In this document: positions 48,067-60,620 of the stretch, one piece after another
Numbering within the stretch: the first letter of the stretch is position 1
Layout: every line of letters starts with the position of its first letter
NCBI RefSeq assembly: GCF_030028105.1
Contig: NC_092370.1
Location: 75,442,098 to 75,506,097 of the forward strand
DNA length: 64,000 nucleotides
Reading direction: 5' to 3'
Source of the DNA: Mobula birostris
Lineage: Eukaryota
Program-made: the position numbers and the translations under genes
Notes under the pieces: generated by a model
The model's input: only the letters and a program-made list of their open reading frames with translations
Told to the model about the DNA's origin: nothing
Databases searched by the model: none

Positions 48067-50564
48067 TTGAAGATATCCTCAATGGCAGGGATCTAACAAC
48101 CATAACCACCTTCCATTGTGTGATGACTGACTCCACCACTGGCTTGTTTCCCCTGATAGCCATCGACTTTGATTTTACCTGGGCTCCGTGGTGCCACAGT
48201 TAGTAAGACACTGCCCTGATGTCGCGGTGTTTCACTCTTACCTCCCCTCTGGAGTTCTGCTTGTTGATTCACGTTTGGACCTAGGCTGTGATGAGGGTGT
48301 AGCCCAGCGGAGATGCAAGGGAGACTATATATGCTGGAAATCTAGAGAACCACACAGAAGAAAATGGTGAATAAAATCAGCAGGTCAGGCAACAACTATG
48401 GAGGGGAAAAAACAGTTAATATTTTGAGCTGAGAGTTAACATCAGGAACACATCCCAACAATGGTTACAGGCTACTGGTCTGTAAGTATTACTTTTTCTT
48501 CCTTTTCTAAAACAGGTTTATTCAGTGATTTCAGCATCACATCACTATAATACTACAGTGTTCCATGATTCATACTATTTACAGACCAGTTTCAAATTAG
48601 AATCCACTTGAGCTGTTGTGGTGCCCCTCCCCACTGTCCTGGAAATCCCCAGCTCTAACTGTGGACATTGTGTGCTCTTTCTTCAGGGACGCCTGGACAT
48701 GGGTGTAACCCAGAAGAGGGGCAGGTATTCAGCTCAGGCAGAATCCAGTAAGCGCTACGTAGCAGCACTGTTGATGTCCTCTGATGAATGATGGTAGACC
48801 GATTGGTTGGTAGATTAATTGAATTGGGTTTGTTTTGCTTTTTGTAGACAAGACATGTTTGTACAATGTTTCACATTATAGGAGCGACAAATACAAAACA
48901 CTGATGAAACTCAGCAGGTCAGGCAGCTTCTCTGGACCTTCTCTCTTCTTTCTTCTCCCAGTGGGCAGAAGATACAAAAGCCTGAAAGCATGGACCACCA
49001 AGCTCAAGGACATCTTCTATCCCAATGTTATCAGACTCCTCAATGGACCTGCATGATGAGATGGACCCTTGGCACAAGAAGAGGCCATAGACAGACATGT
49101 TGGAATGGGAATGGGAATCAAAATTAAAATGTTTGGCCACTGGGAAGTCTCACCTGTGGTGGATGGTGTGGAGGTGCTTGACAAAGTGGTCCCTCAATTT
49201 ACAACGGGCAAATTCTGAAACTGTGGTCGATGGATTGTGGAAAGAGGTTCAGGGAGGGTTAGAAGGACATGGAGGGGAATAAAATTGGACCACTGTGGGA
49301 TGAGTGTGAATGGACGCTTGATTGTCAGCATGGACTAAGTGGTCTGAAGGGCCCCATTTCCGTGGCTGTATGACTCCATGATTCAATTCCAGGGATCTAA
49401 GCAGGTTAACAGATTTCTGCTCCCAACATTGGGAGTGTTTAGAGACATGCAGAGGACAGAGTGACGGTCGTTAATTTCCACTCGATCCTCCTCCCATCTT
49501 ATCTCAGCCTCCCCACATATCTTTGGTACGCAGACCTATTTCTACATGGAATTAAACTTTTACATATTTTGCCTATGCACTTATTGGTTGTTTCAATCTC
49601 TGCTGACGGAGGCAGCAGGACCGGTAACCCTTTTACTGTTACCTTTGGACTGTTAGAACAGACCCCACAGGGGACTGGAGACACTTGCAGGTGGACCATT
49701 GACGGTGCTGCAGGGTGGTTCAGACAGAAAAGACCTGCGAAGTATTGCACTGTGGTTGACTCTGTCTCTGCCTTAATCCCCAAAGCTAACCTCTGAAAAC
49801 TTTATTTTTAAAACAAAATCTTTAGTAACGTGATCTCCTCGCCCCTTCTCATGCAATGAATTCTAATTTTTAAACCTGCACCTGTTATGGTCTGTCCTTG
49901 TTTCAAACACTAATCATCCAACAATTCTAACTTCCTCTTCTTGCCAATGTATCAGAAATTATTAATGAATGTAAATCACTGCGCTATTCAAACCAGTGTG
50001 TAATCTTCTCTCAGTGTTTTTAATCTTCTCATAACTATTGACCGTTTTAGATCCGCAGGCTGGCCGGGTAATTCTGCCCAGTGCCTTTGAAGCAGGGCAT
50101 AGCCTTGACCAGTGATCTAAAAAAGAATTTGCTAACAGCTGAAGCTAACTGAGACAGAAAATGTGGGGCCTGATCTTGTCAGGAAATTTATTTTGTCAGA
50201 AGCTGAAAGAGGAGCATCTTCCCTGCAGAACTTGCAAACAAAGCAACACAACTAGAATAAACACTCAGGCAAATAACTGTAGCATCCACCTTTGAAATGG
50301 AAAAGGCAGGGAGTTTGCCATTTAAAAACCTGGGAAGAATATAGATTTGCAAAGGTAGTGTGGGGATAGGGAGGATTACATGGGGCATTCAGGGCAACTG
50401 GCACTAACAGAGCAGAGAATATTAGGGGGGATCTTGATGGGTTTAGACATGGTGAATTGATTGCAGCTGATCCCATTAGCAGAGGGTCAAGAATCAGGGA
50501 GACAGTATTTGAAATGTTGGACTAAAGGTATTCTGGTTCCCATACATTTAGTTCTCACATACGC

Positions 50565-50792
50565 ACCATGGTAGCGTCGCGATTACAGCTCTGGGTGCCA
50601 GAGTTCAGAGTTCAGTCTTGACGTTCTCTGTAAGGGGACACCATGGAATATGGGTCCTCCTGTTTTCTCCCTGTTAATTGGTCATTGTAATTTGTCCCGT
50701 GATTAGGTGAGGGTAAAATCGTGAATTGCCAGGGTTTTCTGGACGGTGCAGCTTGAAGGACCGGGAGGGCCTAATCCACCCTGTATCTCTAA
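50565..50792 (+). mobile_element. HE1-like SINE, degraded
   Basis: gttaattggtcattgtaatttgtcccgtgattagg..gaaggaccgggagggcctaatccaccctgtatctct. Confidence 0.6.
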
Positions 50793-51762
50793 AATTTAAA
50801 TGAATAAAAATTAAAATAAATACTTTGAAACACACAGTGAAATGCATCATTTAAGTTAACAACCAACACAGCCTGTGAAGAATGTACTGGAGGCAGCCTG
50901 TAAATGTCACCACACATTCCAGCACCAACAAAGCACAGGATGGTGTTTTCACACAAGTGATGTGGAGCATTCTGCCTGAGTATGTTGAAAGCAGAAGATG
51001 AAAGGAGCTGGAGAAGAAGAATTTTTCAGACAATGAGAGATGAGCAGGGAATGAAACCAGATGGAAATGCTTCAAAGGGATGGCAGAGATACAATGGGCC
51101 AAAAGGCCACCTTCATTGTTCCATGAAGCATCATCAGATACAAAGCTGGAAATATTAAGCAGGTTGGACAACTTTAGTGAAGATGGGGAGACTAAAAGAT
51201 GGAGCTCCAGGCATGGGTTGGGGGTATGGGCCTGATTGCCAAGTTTAGGTAAGAGAGTGGTGCGGACAAAAGCCAGAATGAATGAAATTGTAGAGACCAG
51301 CCCAGGGAGAGGGGCACTGTTACCAGCTGGGCAGTCAAGAAGGCAGCTCTACTTTGTTAGTTCAAGGAGATTTGGGATATCATCAAACACTCCTGCAAAT
51401 TGTTACAGATACACAGAGGAAGAGCATTCTGACTGGTTGCATCACTGCCTAGTACTGAGGTTCCAATTCAGAGGATCGCAAGAGGCTGCTGAGGGCAGTA
51501 GACTCAGCTATCTCCATCGTGGGCACAACCCTCCCCACCATCGAGGACATCTTCAAGAGGCAGTGACTCAAGGAGGCACCATCTATCAGTAAGGATCCTC
51601 ACCATCTGGAACATGCCCTCTTTTCATTATTACCATTGGGGAGGAGGTACAGGAACCTGGGTATCCCCAGTCAACATTTCAGGAACAGCTTCTTCCCCTC
51701 TGCCATCAGTTTTCTGAATGATCCATGAACCCATGAACACTACCTCATTATTCCTCTTTTAC

Positions 51763-53126
51763 CAACTTCCACCCTGCCCTCAAATTTACCTGGTCCATTT
51801 CCGACACCTCCTTCCTCTTTCTTGATTCTTTCTGTCTCTATCTCTGGAGACACCTTATCTACTGATATCTATTATAAACCCACTGATTCTCACAGCCATC
51901 TGGACTATACCTCTTCCCACCCTGTTACTTGTAAAAGCGCCATCGCCTTCTCTCAATTCCTTCGTCTCCACGGCAACTGATCTCAGGATGAAGCGTTTCA
52001 TTCAAGAACTAAGGAGATGTTCTCCTTCTTCAAAGAAAGGGGTTTCCCTTTCTCCACCATCAATGCTGCTCTTAACTGCATCTCTTCCATTTCCTGCACA
52101 TCTGCCCTCACCCCATCCTCCCACCACTCTACCAGGGATAAGGTTCCTCTTGTCCTCGCCTACTACCCCACCAGCCCCCACATGCGACATAAAATTATCT
52201 ATAACTTCTGCCATTACAGTGGGATCCCACCACCAAGCACATCTTTCCCTCCCCACACTTCTGCTTTCTGCAGAGATTGCTCCTGACATGACTCCCTTGT
52301 CTGTTCACCCCTCTCCGCTAATCTCCTTCCTGGCACTTATCCTTGCAAGTGGAACAAGTGCTACACCTCCCCCTACACCTCCTCCCTCACTACCATACAG
52401 GGCCACAAAAAGTCCTTCCAAGTGAGGCAACACTTCACCTGTGAGTCTGATGGGGTCATCTGCTGTATCTGGTGCTCCTCGTGTGGCCCCCTGTATATCA
52501 ATGAGACCTGACATAGATTGGAAGACCACTTTGCTGAGCACCTACACTCCATCCGCCTGAAGAAGCAGGATCTCCCATTTTAATATCATGTCTCATTTCC
52601 ATTCTGACATGTCAGTCCATGGCCTCCTCTACTGTCATGATGAGGCCACACTCAGGTTGGAGGAGCAACACCCTACATTCCATCTGGGTAGCTTTCAGCC
52701 TGATGGCATGAACAGCAATTTCTCGAACTTCCTGTAATGGCCCCCTCCTTCAGCATTCCCCATTCCCATTTCTCTCTCCCACATTATCAGCTCCCTCTGG
52801 TGCTCCTCCTCCTCTTCTTTCTTCCATGGCCTTCTGTCCTCTCCTATCAGATTCCCCCTTCTTTCACCAATCAACTTCCCAGCTCTTTACTTCACCCTCC
52901 CCCTCCCCCTCCCTCCCAGTTTCACCTATCCTGTGGTTCTTCCTTCCCTCCCCCAACTTCTTACTCTGACTCTTCATCTTTTTTTTTCTCCAGTCCTGAA
53001 GGGTCTTGGCCTGAAATGTCGACTGTTTACTCTTTTCCGTAGATGCTGCCTGGTCTGTTGAGATCCTCCAGCATTTTGTGTGTGTTGCTTGGATTTCCAG
53101 CATCTGCAGATTTTCTCTTGTTTGTG
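51763..53126 (+). mobile_element. 5'-truncated Penelope-like element (RT thumb to GIY-YIG and pLTR), nested in a Rex1 3' end (~51335-53245)
   Basis: FHPALKFTWSIS, YYKPTDSH, MFSFFKERGFP, FTCES.GVI.CIWC; 13-bp TSD attcctcttttac at 51750-51762 and 53127-53139. Confidence 0.9.
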
Positions 53127-53519
53127 ATTCCTCTTTTACACTTTTTTTTATAATTTGTAGTAATTTTCATGTCTTAGCCCTGTGCTGCTGCAAAACAACA
53201 AATTTTATGTCATATAAGTCAGTGACAATAAATCTGATTCTGATCCTGAAGTCCTGGGAAGGAAAAGGTGCCATATGATGTCATTTGTAGCTTTATCCAG
53301 CTTTTAATCAGTATTTTGCCACAGGAAGGAACCAGGCCGATGAGGTCATGTTTTCAGGAGATGATAACCAAGGAAGCTGGAGAGCAAAGTGAGGCTGGTC
53401 CAGGGATGGGACAGATAGGAGACAGATGGGTACTGCACAGCTGCTGGCAGGAGGGAGGCCAGGAGCTGAGAAGTAGAATGACTCACAATTCACTGTAAGA
53501 GCCAGGACAACAAAATGAG

Positions 53520-54505
53520 ACATTTAAGTTATATTAGATATTGGTGAGACTGCATTTGGATTATTGTGTATAGTTTTGGCTGCCCTGTTATAGGAAAGAT
53601 GATATTAAACTGGAAAGAGTGCAGAAAAGATTTAGAACATAAAACATAGAACAGTACAATGCAGCGTAGGTCCTTCAGCCCACAATGTTGTGCAAATCTA
53701 TATAAACCTACTCTACAATCTAACCCTTTCCTCCTACACAGCCCAGAATCCTACATTTTTCTTATTTCCATGTGCCTATCTAAGATCCTCTTAAATGCCT
53801 CTGTTGTATCAGCCTCCAACTACATCCCAGGCACCCACCACTCCAATGTAAAAAAAAGTCCTGTGATGTCTCCCCTAAACTTTCTTCCACTCACCTTAAG
53901 TGGATGTCCTCTGCTCTTGGCCATTGCTGCTCTGGGAAGAAGATGCTGACTGTCCACTCTATCTATGCCTCTCATAATTTTATATACTTCTATCAAGTTG
54001 TCTCTTACTCTCTTTCACTCCAAAGAGAAAAGCCCTTGCTTGCTCAACCTTTCCTGATAAGACATTTATCAATATGTTACTTGAGTTCACAAGGAGAGGT
54101 TGTGCAAACTAGGACTATACTCCCGGGGACATAGGAGATTGAGGGTGGCAGAAGTATATAAGATCATGAGGGGCATACACAGGGTGAAAGCTATTTCCTA
54201 AGGAAGGGGTGCTAACACAAGAGAGCATAGGTTTAAGATCAGAGATGAGAGATTTAAACGGGATATGGGGGCAGCTTCTTCACACAGAGGGTGGTGCATA
54301 TTTTGAATGTGTGTGCAGAAATAGTGGTTGAGGAGGCACATTAACAGCATTAAAAAGCCATCTAGATAAGTACATGGATTGCAGAGGTTTAGGGGGTTAT
54401 GGGCGAAATGTGGGCAGATGGGACTAGCTCATGGGACAGACAACACTGTTGGATGAATTAAGCCGAAGGGTCTGTTTTCATGCTGTTTGACACTGTGACT
54501 CTATG
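53520..54505. mobile_element. CR1 fragments (+ strand, with a minus-strand piece at ~53633-54065)
   Basis: taggaaagatgatattaaactggaaagagtgcagaaaagattt; aacatagaacagtaca. Confidence 0.75.
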
Positions 54506-54784
54506 ACAAGCTATTGAACTTGTTCCTCAGTCTCACTAAAAATTTATTTAAATCCCACTCCAACACCGCTCTAATGATGAAACACATTTTCTTTGATTTT
54601 GAATATTCTCTTACTTTTTGCCCCAGAAAACATGCATTTTGTTCCAGTTTTAATATAAAGCTCTGAAGATACTGTAAATTCTGAAAATTAGACCTCCTGC
54701 TTACGTTTCATTGTTCTAACCTTCAACTTGATTCACTCACATGGAGTTCTATTCACCCAGCACCCCTCAGCTTACTGAACCCCT

Positions 54785-55037
54785 GCAAGCCACAATGTCC
54801 TTTCAAGGCAGGCTGCTTTAAATTGTCCCTGGTGCAAGTCTCCCCTCTCCACGACACCAATGTTGTCCAAGGGAAGGGCATTAGGACCCATACAAGCTTG
54901 GCACCAGTGTCGTCGCAGAGCAATGTCTGATTAAACTGGAAAGAGTCAAGGACACAACACATGTTGCCTCGGCTGGGGCTCGAACTCACGACCTTCAGGT
55001 CGCTAGTCCAATGCCTTAACCACTTGGCCACGTGCCC
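54785..55037 (-). mobile_element. tRNA-derived SINE
   Basis: Reverse-complement head ggcacgtggccaagtggttaaggcattggactagcgacctgaaggtcgtgagttcgagcccc with Pol III A and B boxes, followed by a non-tRNA body. Confidence 0.8.
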
Positions 55038-56574
55038 AGTCCTGGTAACATCCTCATAAATCTTTTTCACACCAACTCCAGTTTAATGACAACCTTCGTG
55101 TGGCAAGGCTACCAGAGGAGGATACAGCACTCCAAAAGGTGCTGTTAGTTATGCTTAGTATTTCCTTGCTTTGGGATTCATATAACTGTGATATATTTGT
55201 ATATTTCAGTACAATATTATTATTTAACAGGGCAGACAATTTTCTAGAGTCTAAATATCTCTTCCAAACCCTTGGTGGGTGGTCTGGAAGAATCCTGGAG
55301 GAAATGCACAACCACAAAGCAGAAAAGCTGAAGGAAGTTGCCCTTTACGGCTGAATGTGCTGATCCTTGGAAAAACGCTATCATTATTTCACTGGATGGT
55401 AATTAAGGGAGGACATGGGAAATTCAATAACAGAATATCAGATGAATTTCAAATGTCAGATGAATAACAGACTCTGGCTGTATATTCTATCTCCGTCTCT
55501 TAGGTCTCCCCTCAGCGTCCGACACTCAGTCAGAGCAGTTGCCATACCAGGTTGTGATGTATCCTAAAAGGATGCTTTCTATGGCGCATTGACAGAAATT
55601 GGTGAGAGTCAGAAGGGACCTGGATAAGAGGGATATGGGCCAAATGGAGGTGGATGGGACCATCTCAATAAGACAACTTGGTCAAAATGGATGAGTTGGG
55701 CCTGTTTGCTGGCTGTATAATTTTGTGATTCTATGGAAGAGGATTCCAGATAATGTTGTTGCACTCCATTATTTTGGGAAAATGCTGTTTCCTCATTCTT
55801 TTCTAAACTCATAAGACTATGAAGATTAAGGAGGGTTAGATCAACCAAGCACACACCTTTAGAAAGATAACTGCAAATATTAAAATGCACAAATCGTTCA
55901 CTATTGGTATTTTACTTCACCATCTTCTGCCGCACCCATCTCAGTTTTTTGTGCGGAGGTACTCGGGCCAAGGAAGACTGTTTTCGTTAATAAACCTCTG
56001 CTCAGCATTCCCAACAGGTGGGAGCCAATAATAGACACAGTTTGCAAGGATAGGGCTGCTGGGGTCTGCAACTTGCTGAGGGGAGGGGAGCCTGAGAATT
56101 TCTTAAAATATCCATCCAGGCCATGCCCTCTTCTTGCTACTACCATTGGGTTTGTAGTCCTGGGGCCTTTGGTTCCACACCAACAGGTTCAGGAACCTAC
56201 AAACACCGGTGCGAATAACTTCATTCACCACTACTCTGAACTGATTCTACAACTTAGACTCATTTTCAAGGACTCTTTACAATTCATGTTCCCAGTATTA
56301 TTTTTATTTGCAGCTTTTCTCTTGCATATTGGTGTTTGTCAGTCTTTGTCCGTTTGTGTATGTTTTTTGCAAAATTCTACTGTACTGTATTTCTTTTCTC
56401 CTTTAAATGCCTGCAAGGAATGAATTTAAAGTTAGAATAGGTAACATACTTTGATATTAAATTTACTTTGAACTTTAAAATATTGCAATACAGTTCGAGA
56501 TCCGATCTCCACCTTACCCCCCAGTGGTTCAGCAATTTTGGGGGTTTTGCTGGTGACTCATCCTATATACAGTA

Positions 56575-56842
56575 GGAAAGGAAAGGTACATCGCATCCGG
56601 AGTTTCTCCTGTTAGTGGACGATTTCCCTCCACACCTCTCTAACGTAGTGGGGAACCGCGTACGAGGCAAGTTACAGCAGCAGTGGTTTGCCATTGCCTT
56701 CTGCCGGGTGAGTTTCCAAAGAGATCACCAGCTCGTAACCCTGAACGGATGGAAAGCGTGAAGGGGAGTCGGCTGGCTGGATTTGAACCCGGGACCTCTC
56801 ATCCTGAAGTCCGATGCAGATGCCACTACGCCACCAGCCGGG
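56575..56842 (-). mobile_element. Complete tRNA-derived SINE with RTE-like body and 14-bp TSD
   Basis: A box tggcgtagtgg, B box ggttcaaatcc, body agaaggcaatggcaaaccac, tail cctttcctttcc; TSD tcctatatacagta at 56561-56574 and 56843-56856. Confidence 0.88.
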
Positions 56843-57360
56843 TCCTATATACAGTACTTGCTCATCAATATGGGCAGCTAATAGTAACCAGAACTGAGGA
56901 CATGGTGGCTATAAATCCTGCTTACTCTCAGTCAGAAATATTATTCTGGAACAGTAAGGAATGCATTTCAAAGTAAATTGGTTATTGCCAGATTAGTTTA
57001 TTATTGTCTCATGTAACAAGATACAGAGAAAAACATGTCTTGCATACTGTCTGCACAGACTAATTCATTACACAGTGCATTGAGGGAACACAGGGGAAAA
57101 CAATAACAGAATGCAGAATAAAGATTGAGAAAGTGCACTGCCAGCAAACAATAAGACGCATCTTCAGTTAAAAAGTAAAATTATAATATGTATTATAATT
57201 ATATAATTATAATATTATAAGCATTATAATTAGAATATTGTAATTATAAGCATTGTAAATGGATAATTTTATTCTTTAAACAATAGTATCTCAATGTGGC
57301 ATGATCACAATTCAGGGCTCTCCTAACAGTTTAAAGTTTTTTGGACTGTTTGCACTAAAG

Positions 57361-57770
57361 GAGACACAAGAGACTGCAGATGCTGAGACATGGACCAAAG
57401 CACAATCTGACAGAGGAACTCAGCAGGTCGAGCAGCATCGGTGTGGGGAAGGGGTGGGGAGAGGGGAAGGAACCATCAATTTTGGGTCAAAGCCTTGCAT
57501 TGGGACTAAGAGTGGAGAGGGGAGATGGCTGGTATTGAGAGAGGGAGTGGTGATACAGGAGTCCAAGGTGATTGGTGGACTGAGGAGGGGTGAGAAATGA
57601 TGGGTAGATTGACTCAGACAGAAGAGGGAAGAAGTCTTGAGTCTCATCCATCTCAGTTCAGATGCGGGGTTTCAACACAAAACACCGACAATTCCTCCCC
57701 CCCCACCCCCCCCCCCCAGCCCACAGACGCTGCTTGACCTGCTGCGTTCCTCCAGCAGATGGTGTGTTAC
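57361..57770. mobile_element. Old inverted pair of Penelope-derived 3' elements
   Basis: ggaactcagcaggtcgagcagcatc (~57415) faces gacgctgcttgacctgctgcgttcc (~57726). Confidence 0.6.
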
Positions 57771-58829
57771 TGTTTAAGTTTGTTAATGGATGACACATTA
57801 ATGGAATGACTATTTGTAATTGAAAATGTGATGAACTTCCTGTATTTTTTAATGAATAGTATATATTTTGAAATAAAAGGAGGCTATAGATTATACGTGG
57901 TCAACGTCACTGCAGTTTCCTTTTTCTTTCAAGGATCCCACAGGGCAGATGAAAACTCTGCACACGTTTATAAACTTTGACCATTCACTCCTGTGATGGG
58001 TCTGTGAAAGATCTGCCCAGATATTGCAAATATTCTCCCTTCCAGAGCAGAACATAAGATGTTGGGAGAACTCAATGGGTCTGGCAGCATCTCTAGGGGG
58101 AAATGGTCATTTGACGTTTTGGGTTGAGACCCTTCATCTGGACTGAGATATAGAGATAGTATAAAGTAGTGAGGGGAAGGTGTGAAGCTAGAGCTGTGTG
58201 GAGGAGGGGAGAGTGCTGAAAAGTACAGAGGCTTTTATCTGCCGATCACCCCTCATCCACCAATCACTTGCCAGCTCTTAGAAACATGACCTTCAGCCTG
58301 AAGTATCCATGCCAACCATGGTGCTCAACACATGTAAAGTCTTCCTGCCATGAAGTCCATTTACATGGAGCACAGAACAAGAAAGCATTATCTGTCACAA
58401 AGGCCTCCACCATCCAAGCTATGCTCTCTTCTCACTATTATCATAGGGCAGGAGGTACAGAAGTCTCAGGTCCCACACCACCAGGTTCAGGAACAACATT
58501 ACTCTATAACTATCAGGCTCCCAAATCCACCTGGATAACTTCACTCACCACAACCATGATCTACAGTCTCACTTTCAAGGACTCCTTTCAACTTATTTGA
58601 GTGCCTTTGTCTTCTTTTGCACAATGGTTGTTTGTCTTTCTTTATGGTTTTTTTTGTAAGTTCCATTGCACTTTTTATTTTCCCTGTAAATGCCTACAAG
58701 AATCTCAAGGTATGTGGTAACAGTTCCATACTTTGGTAATAAATTTACTTTTTACTTTAAAATGAGTTCCATTTGTGTGCATTTAGCCCATACCCCTCTA
58801 AATCCGTACTATCCAGGCTCTTGCCCCAT

Positions 58830-59040
58830 TCCCTCCACCTCTTTATACAGGCTCCCATCTCTATCAGTCCAGCTGAAGGGTTTCGACCCAAAATGACCAC
58901 TGTTCACCCCTCCCCCCAACAGATGCTGTCGGACTCACAGAGTTCCTCCAGCAGATTGTGTGGAAAGATGGCAAGAGGATCGAGAACAAGTCAGCAGATG
59001 CCCCAGATTCCAGCATCGGCAGTCCTTCTGGTGTCTCGCT
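58830..59040 (+). mobile_element. Penelope-derived 3' element containing a LAMA3-start-like insert
   Basis: cagtccagctgaagggtttcgacccaaaa..agatgctg..agttcctccagcagattgtgtg, then the insert, then ccagattccagcatcggcagtc. Confidence 0.7.
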
Positions 59041-59961
59041 TTCCATGTCCAATTTCATGGAAACACTGAGCGTTCGCACGCACAGCCTTCCAAAATCAAG
59101 TGAGAAAGACACTCATTTATCACAAAAACACACGAGATGCTGGAAATCCGGAGCAGCATACACTCCGAACTCAGTTTAGCAACGCTAACCCGAGTCTGTC
59201 CCTGAACTGAAGAGTGGGATGAAAAGATGAGCGCGTGTAAGACGTGCCCGAGTTTTCTGGGAAAACGGAGTTCGCGAGGAAAGAATGCCAAACACTTTAA
59301 CTGTCTGGAAAGGTATGCTCGGACTTGTACATTGCCTTTTATTCCTGGATCTCAGTCCCTGGATAAGAGCCAAGAAGCTAAATGTGCAGTCACCGAAGTT
59401 TCCGAGAACGCCGATTTTTAAGTATTTTACAATCTTTGCAGTTAATGAGGTCCGGTTGTCACGGGGAAGTCATCGAACCAGATGGAATTTGCTCAATAAA
59501 ATAACTTCACAGAAAGTGCAAACTCGAAGATTTTATCCACTTTTCTTGAGCACGCGTGTATGTGGATCTCTAGTTGGCCGAAGCTCCGAGTCTGCTCCTT
59601 TATTTTCAGCCAACCCACTCATATTACCTCTCTGCTGCAGAGTGCCCATTACAATTCAATAATAATCCAAATGTACAGTACTTCTTCACCACGGAATGCA
59701 CATAAGTGCTGTTTGCATTTAATAGGTAGAAAATAACTTTTGCAACAAAATACTGGCTTTATATTTAACTTCAAATATAAACACCAATTAGAGTATTTTT
59801 TAAAAACAAGCTTCTAAATATAGAAGTTGGGAACAATGATTATTTCTAAGTCGTTCAGCCAGGATTTCCTCGCGATCCTAGTTCCTGGGCAGGAGAGGGT
59901 GTGTAGTTGGTCTTCGGTGAGGGAGGGGGTGAGGGAGGGAGGGAGCCTAGTGCTTGGGAAG

Positions 59962-60216
59962 ATGGCGAGAGGGTCGAGGACAAGTCTGCTGTTCTGGGCT
60001 GTGCTCCTGCAGTCCGGCCGGACGGCCGATGGTCAGGGAACACCGGACCGGCTGAATGGCTTCAGCCTCCACCCGCCCTACTTGAACATTGCCCAGGGGG
60101 CTGAGATCTGGGCCACGGCCACTTGCGGAGAAGACGGATCGCGGCGGCCCAGACTGGACCTTTACTGTAAACTGGTAGGCGGGCCGGCCGCCGGTGCCTC
60201 CAGCCAGACTATCCAG
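59962..60216 (+). CDS. LAMA3: Laminin subunit alpha-3 (long alpha3B isoform), coding exon 1: signal peptide and start of the LN domain
   Basis: aagATGG start; MARGSRTSLLFWAVLL..FSLHPPYLNIAQGAEIWATATCGE..RP.LDLYCKLVGGP...TIQ then gtac, the same exon end as recalled human LAMA3 (..ELYCKLVGGPTAPGSGHTIQ). IWATATCG and adjacency to ANKRD29 favour LAMA3 over LAMA5. Confidence 0.92.
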
Positions 60217-60435
60217 GTACCAGCTTGCTGGCGGGACACCGACCAGGAGACTCCGAACGGGGGACGGGCAGGAATTACGGGGCTTGTTGGGGGTACTGGG
60301 GCCAGCAAAGTCGTAATGGGCCGAGTGGCGGATCCAGAGTTCTGTGGGAGCCGGGTTTGACGTTTGGAGTGAGTGGATTCGGGAAGGGGATATTAAAGAG
60401 TGAAAGTCGGAGGCAGAGCGGGCGGCGTATTTGTC

Positions 60436-60620
60436 AGTGTGTGTGTGAGGGTAGCGGGAAGGAGTGACTGTCAAAGAGTTGTGTGTGAATGCGTGTGAGT
60501 GAGTGTATGAGTAGATGTGACTAAGTGCGAGAGGGGGTGTGACTGTGATAGTTGCGTGTGAAGGTGTGTGGTGTGTGTGTATCGGTGTGAGTGTGTAATT
60601 AAGTCTGAGTGTGTGAGAGC
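60436..60620. repeat. Degenerate (GT)n/(GAGT)n microsatellite tract
   Basis: gtgtgtgtgtgag..gtgtgtgaatgcgtgtgagtgagtgt.. Confidence 0.8.

Noticed and set aside
54965-55037. Functional tRNA gene
   Set aside because: A and B boxes are present, but the acceptor and T stems do not pair properly and the sequence runs into a SINE body.
55231-55398. Possible plus-strand coding exon (tttaacag ... gtaatt)
   Set aside because: All three frames contain stops and I recognise no homology.
57180-57255. AT-rich quasi-palindromic (ttataa) tract
   Set aside because: Simple low-complexity repeat with no further structure.
59827-60360. 177-aa ORF as a complete single-exon protein
   Set aside because: Only 59962-60216 is laminin; the rest is 5' UTR and read-through past the GT donor.
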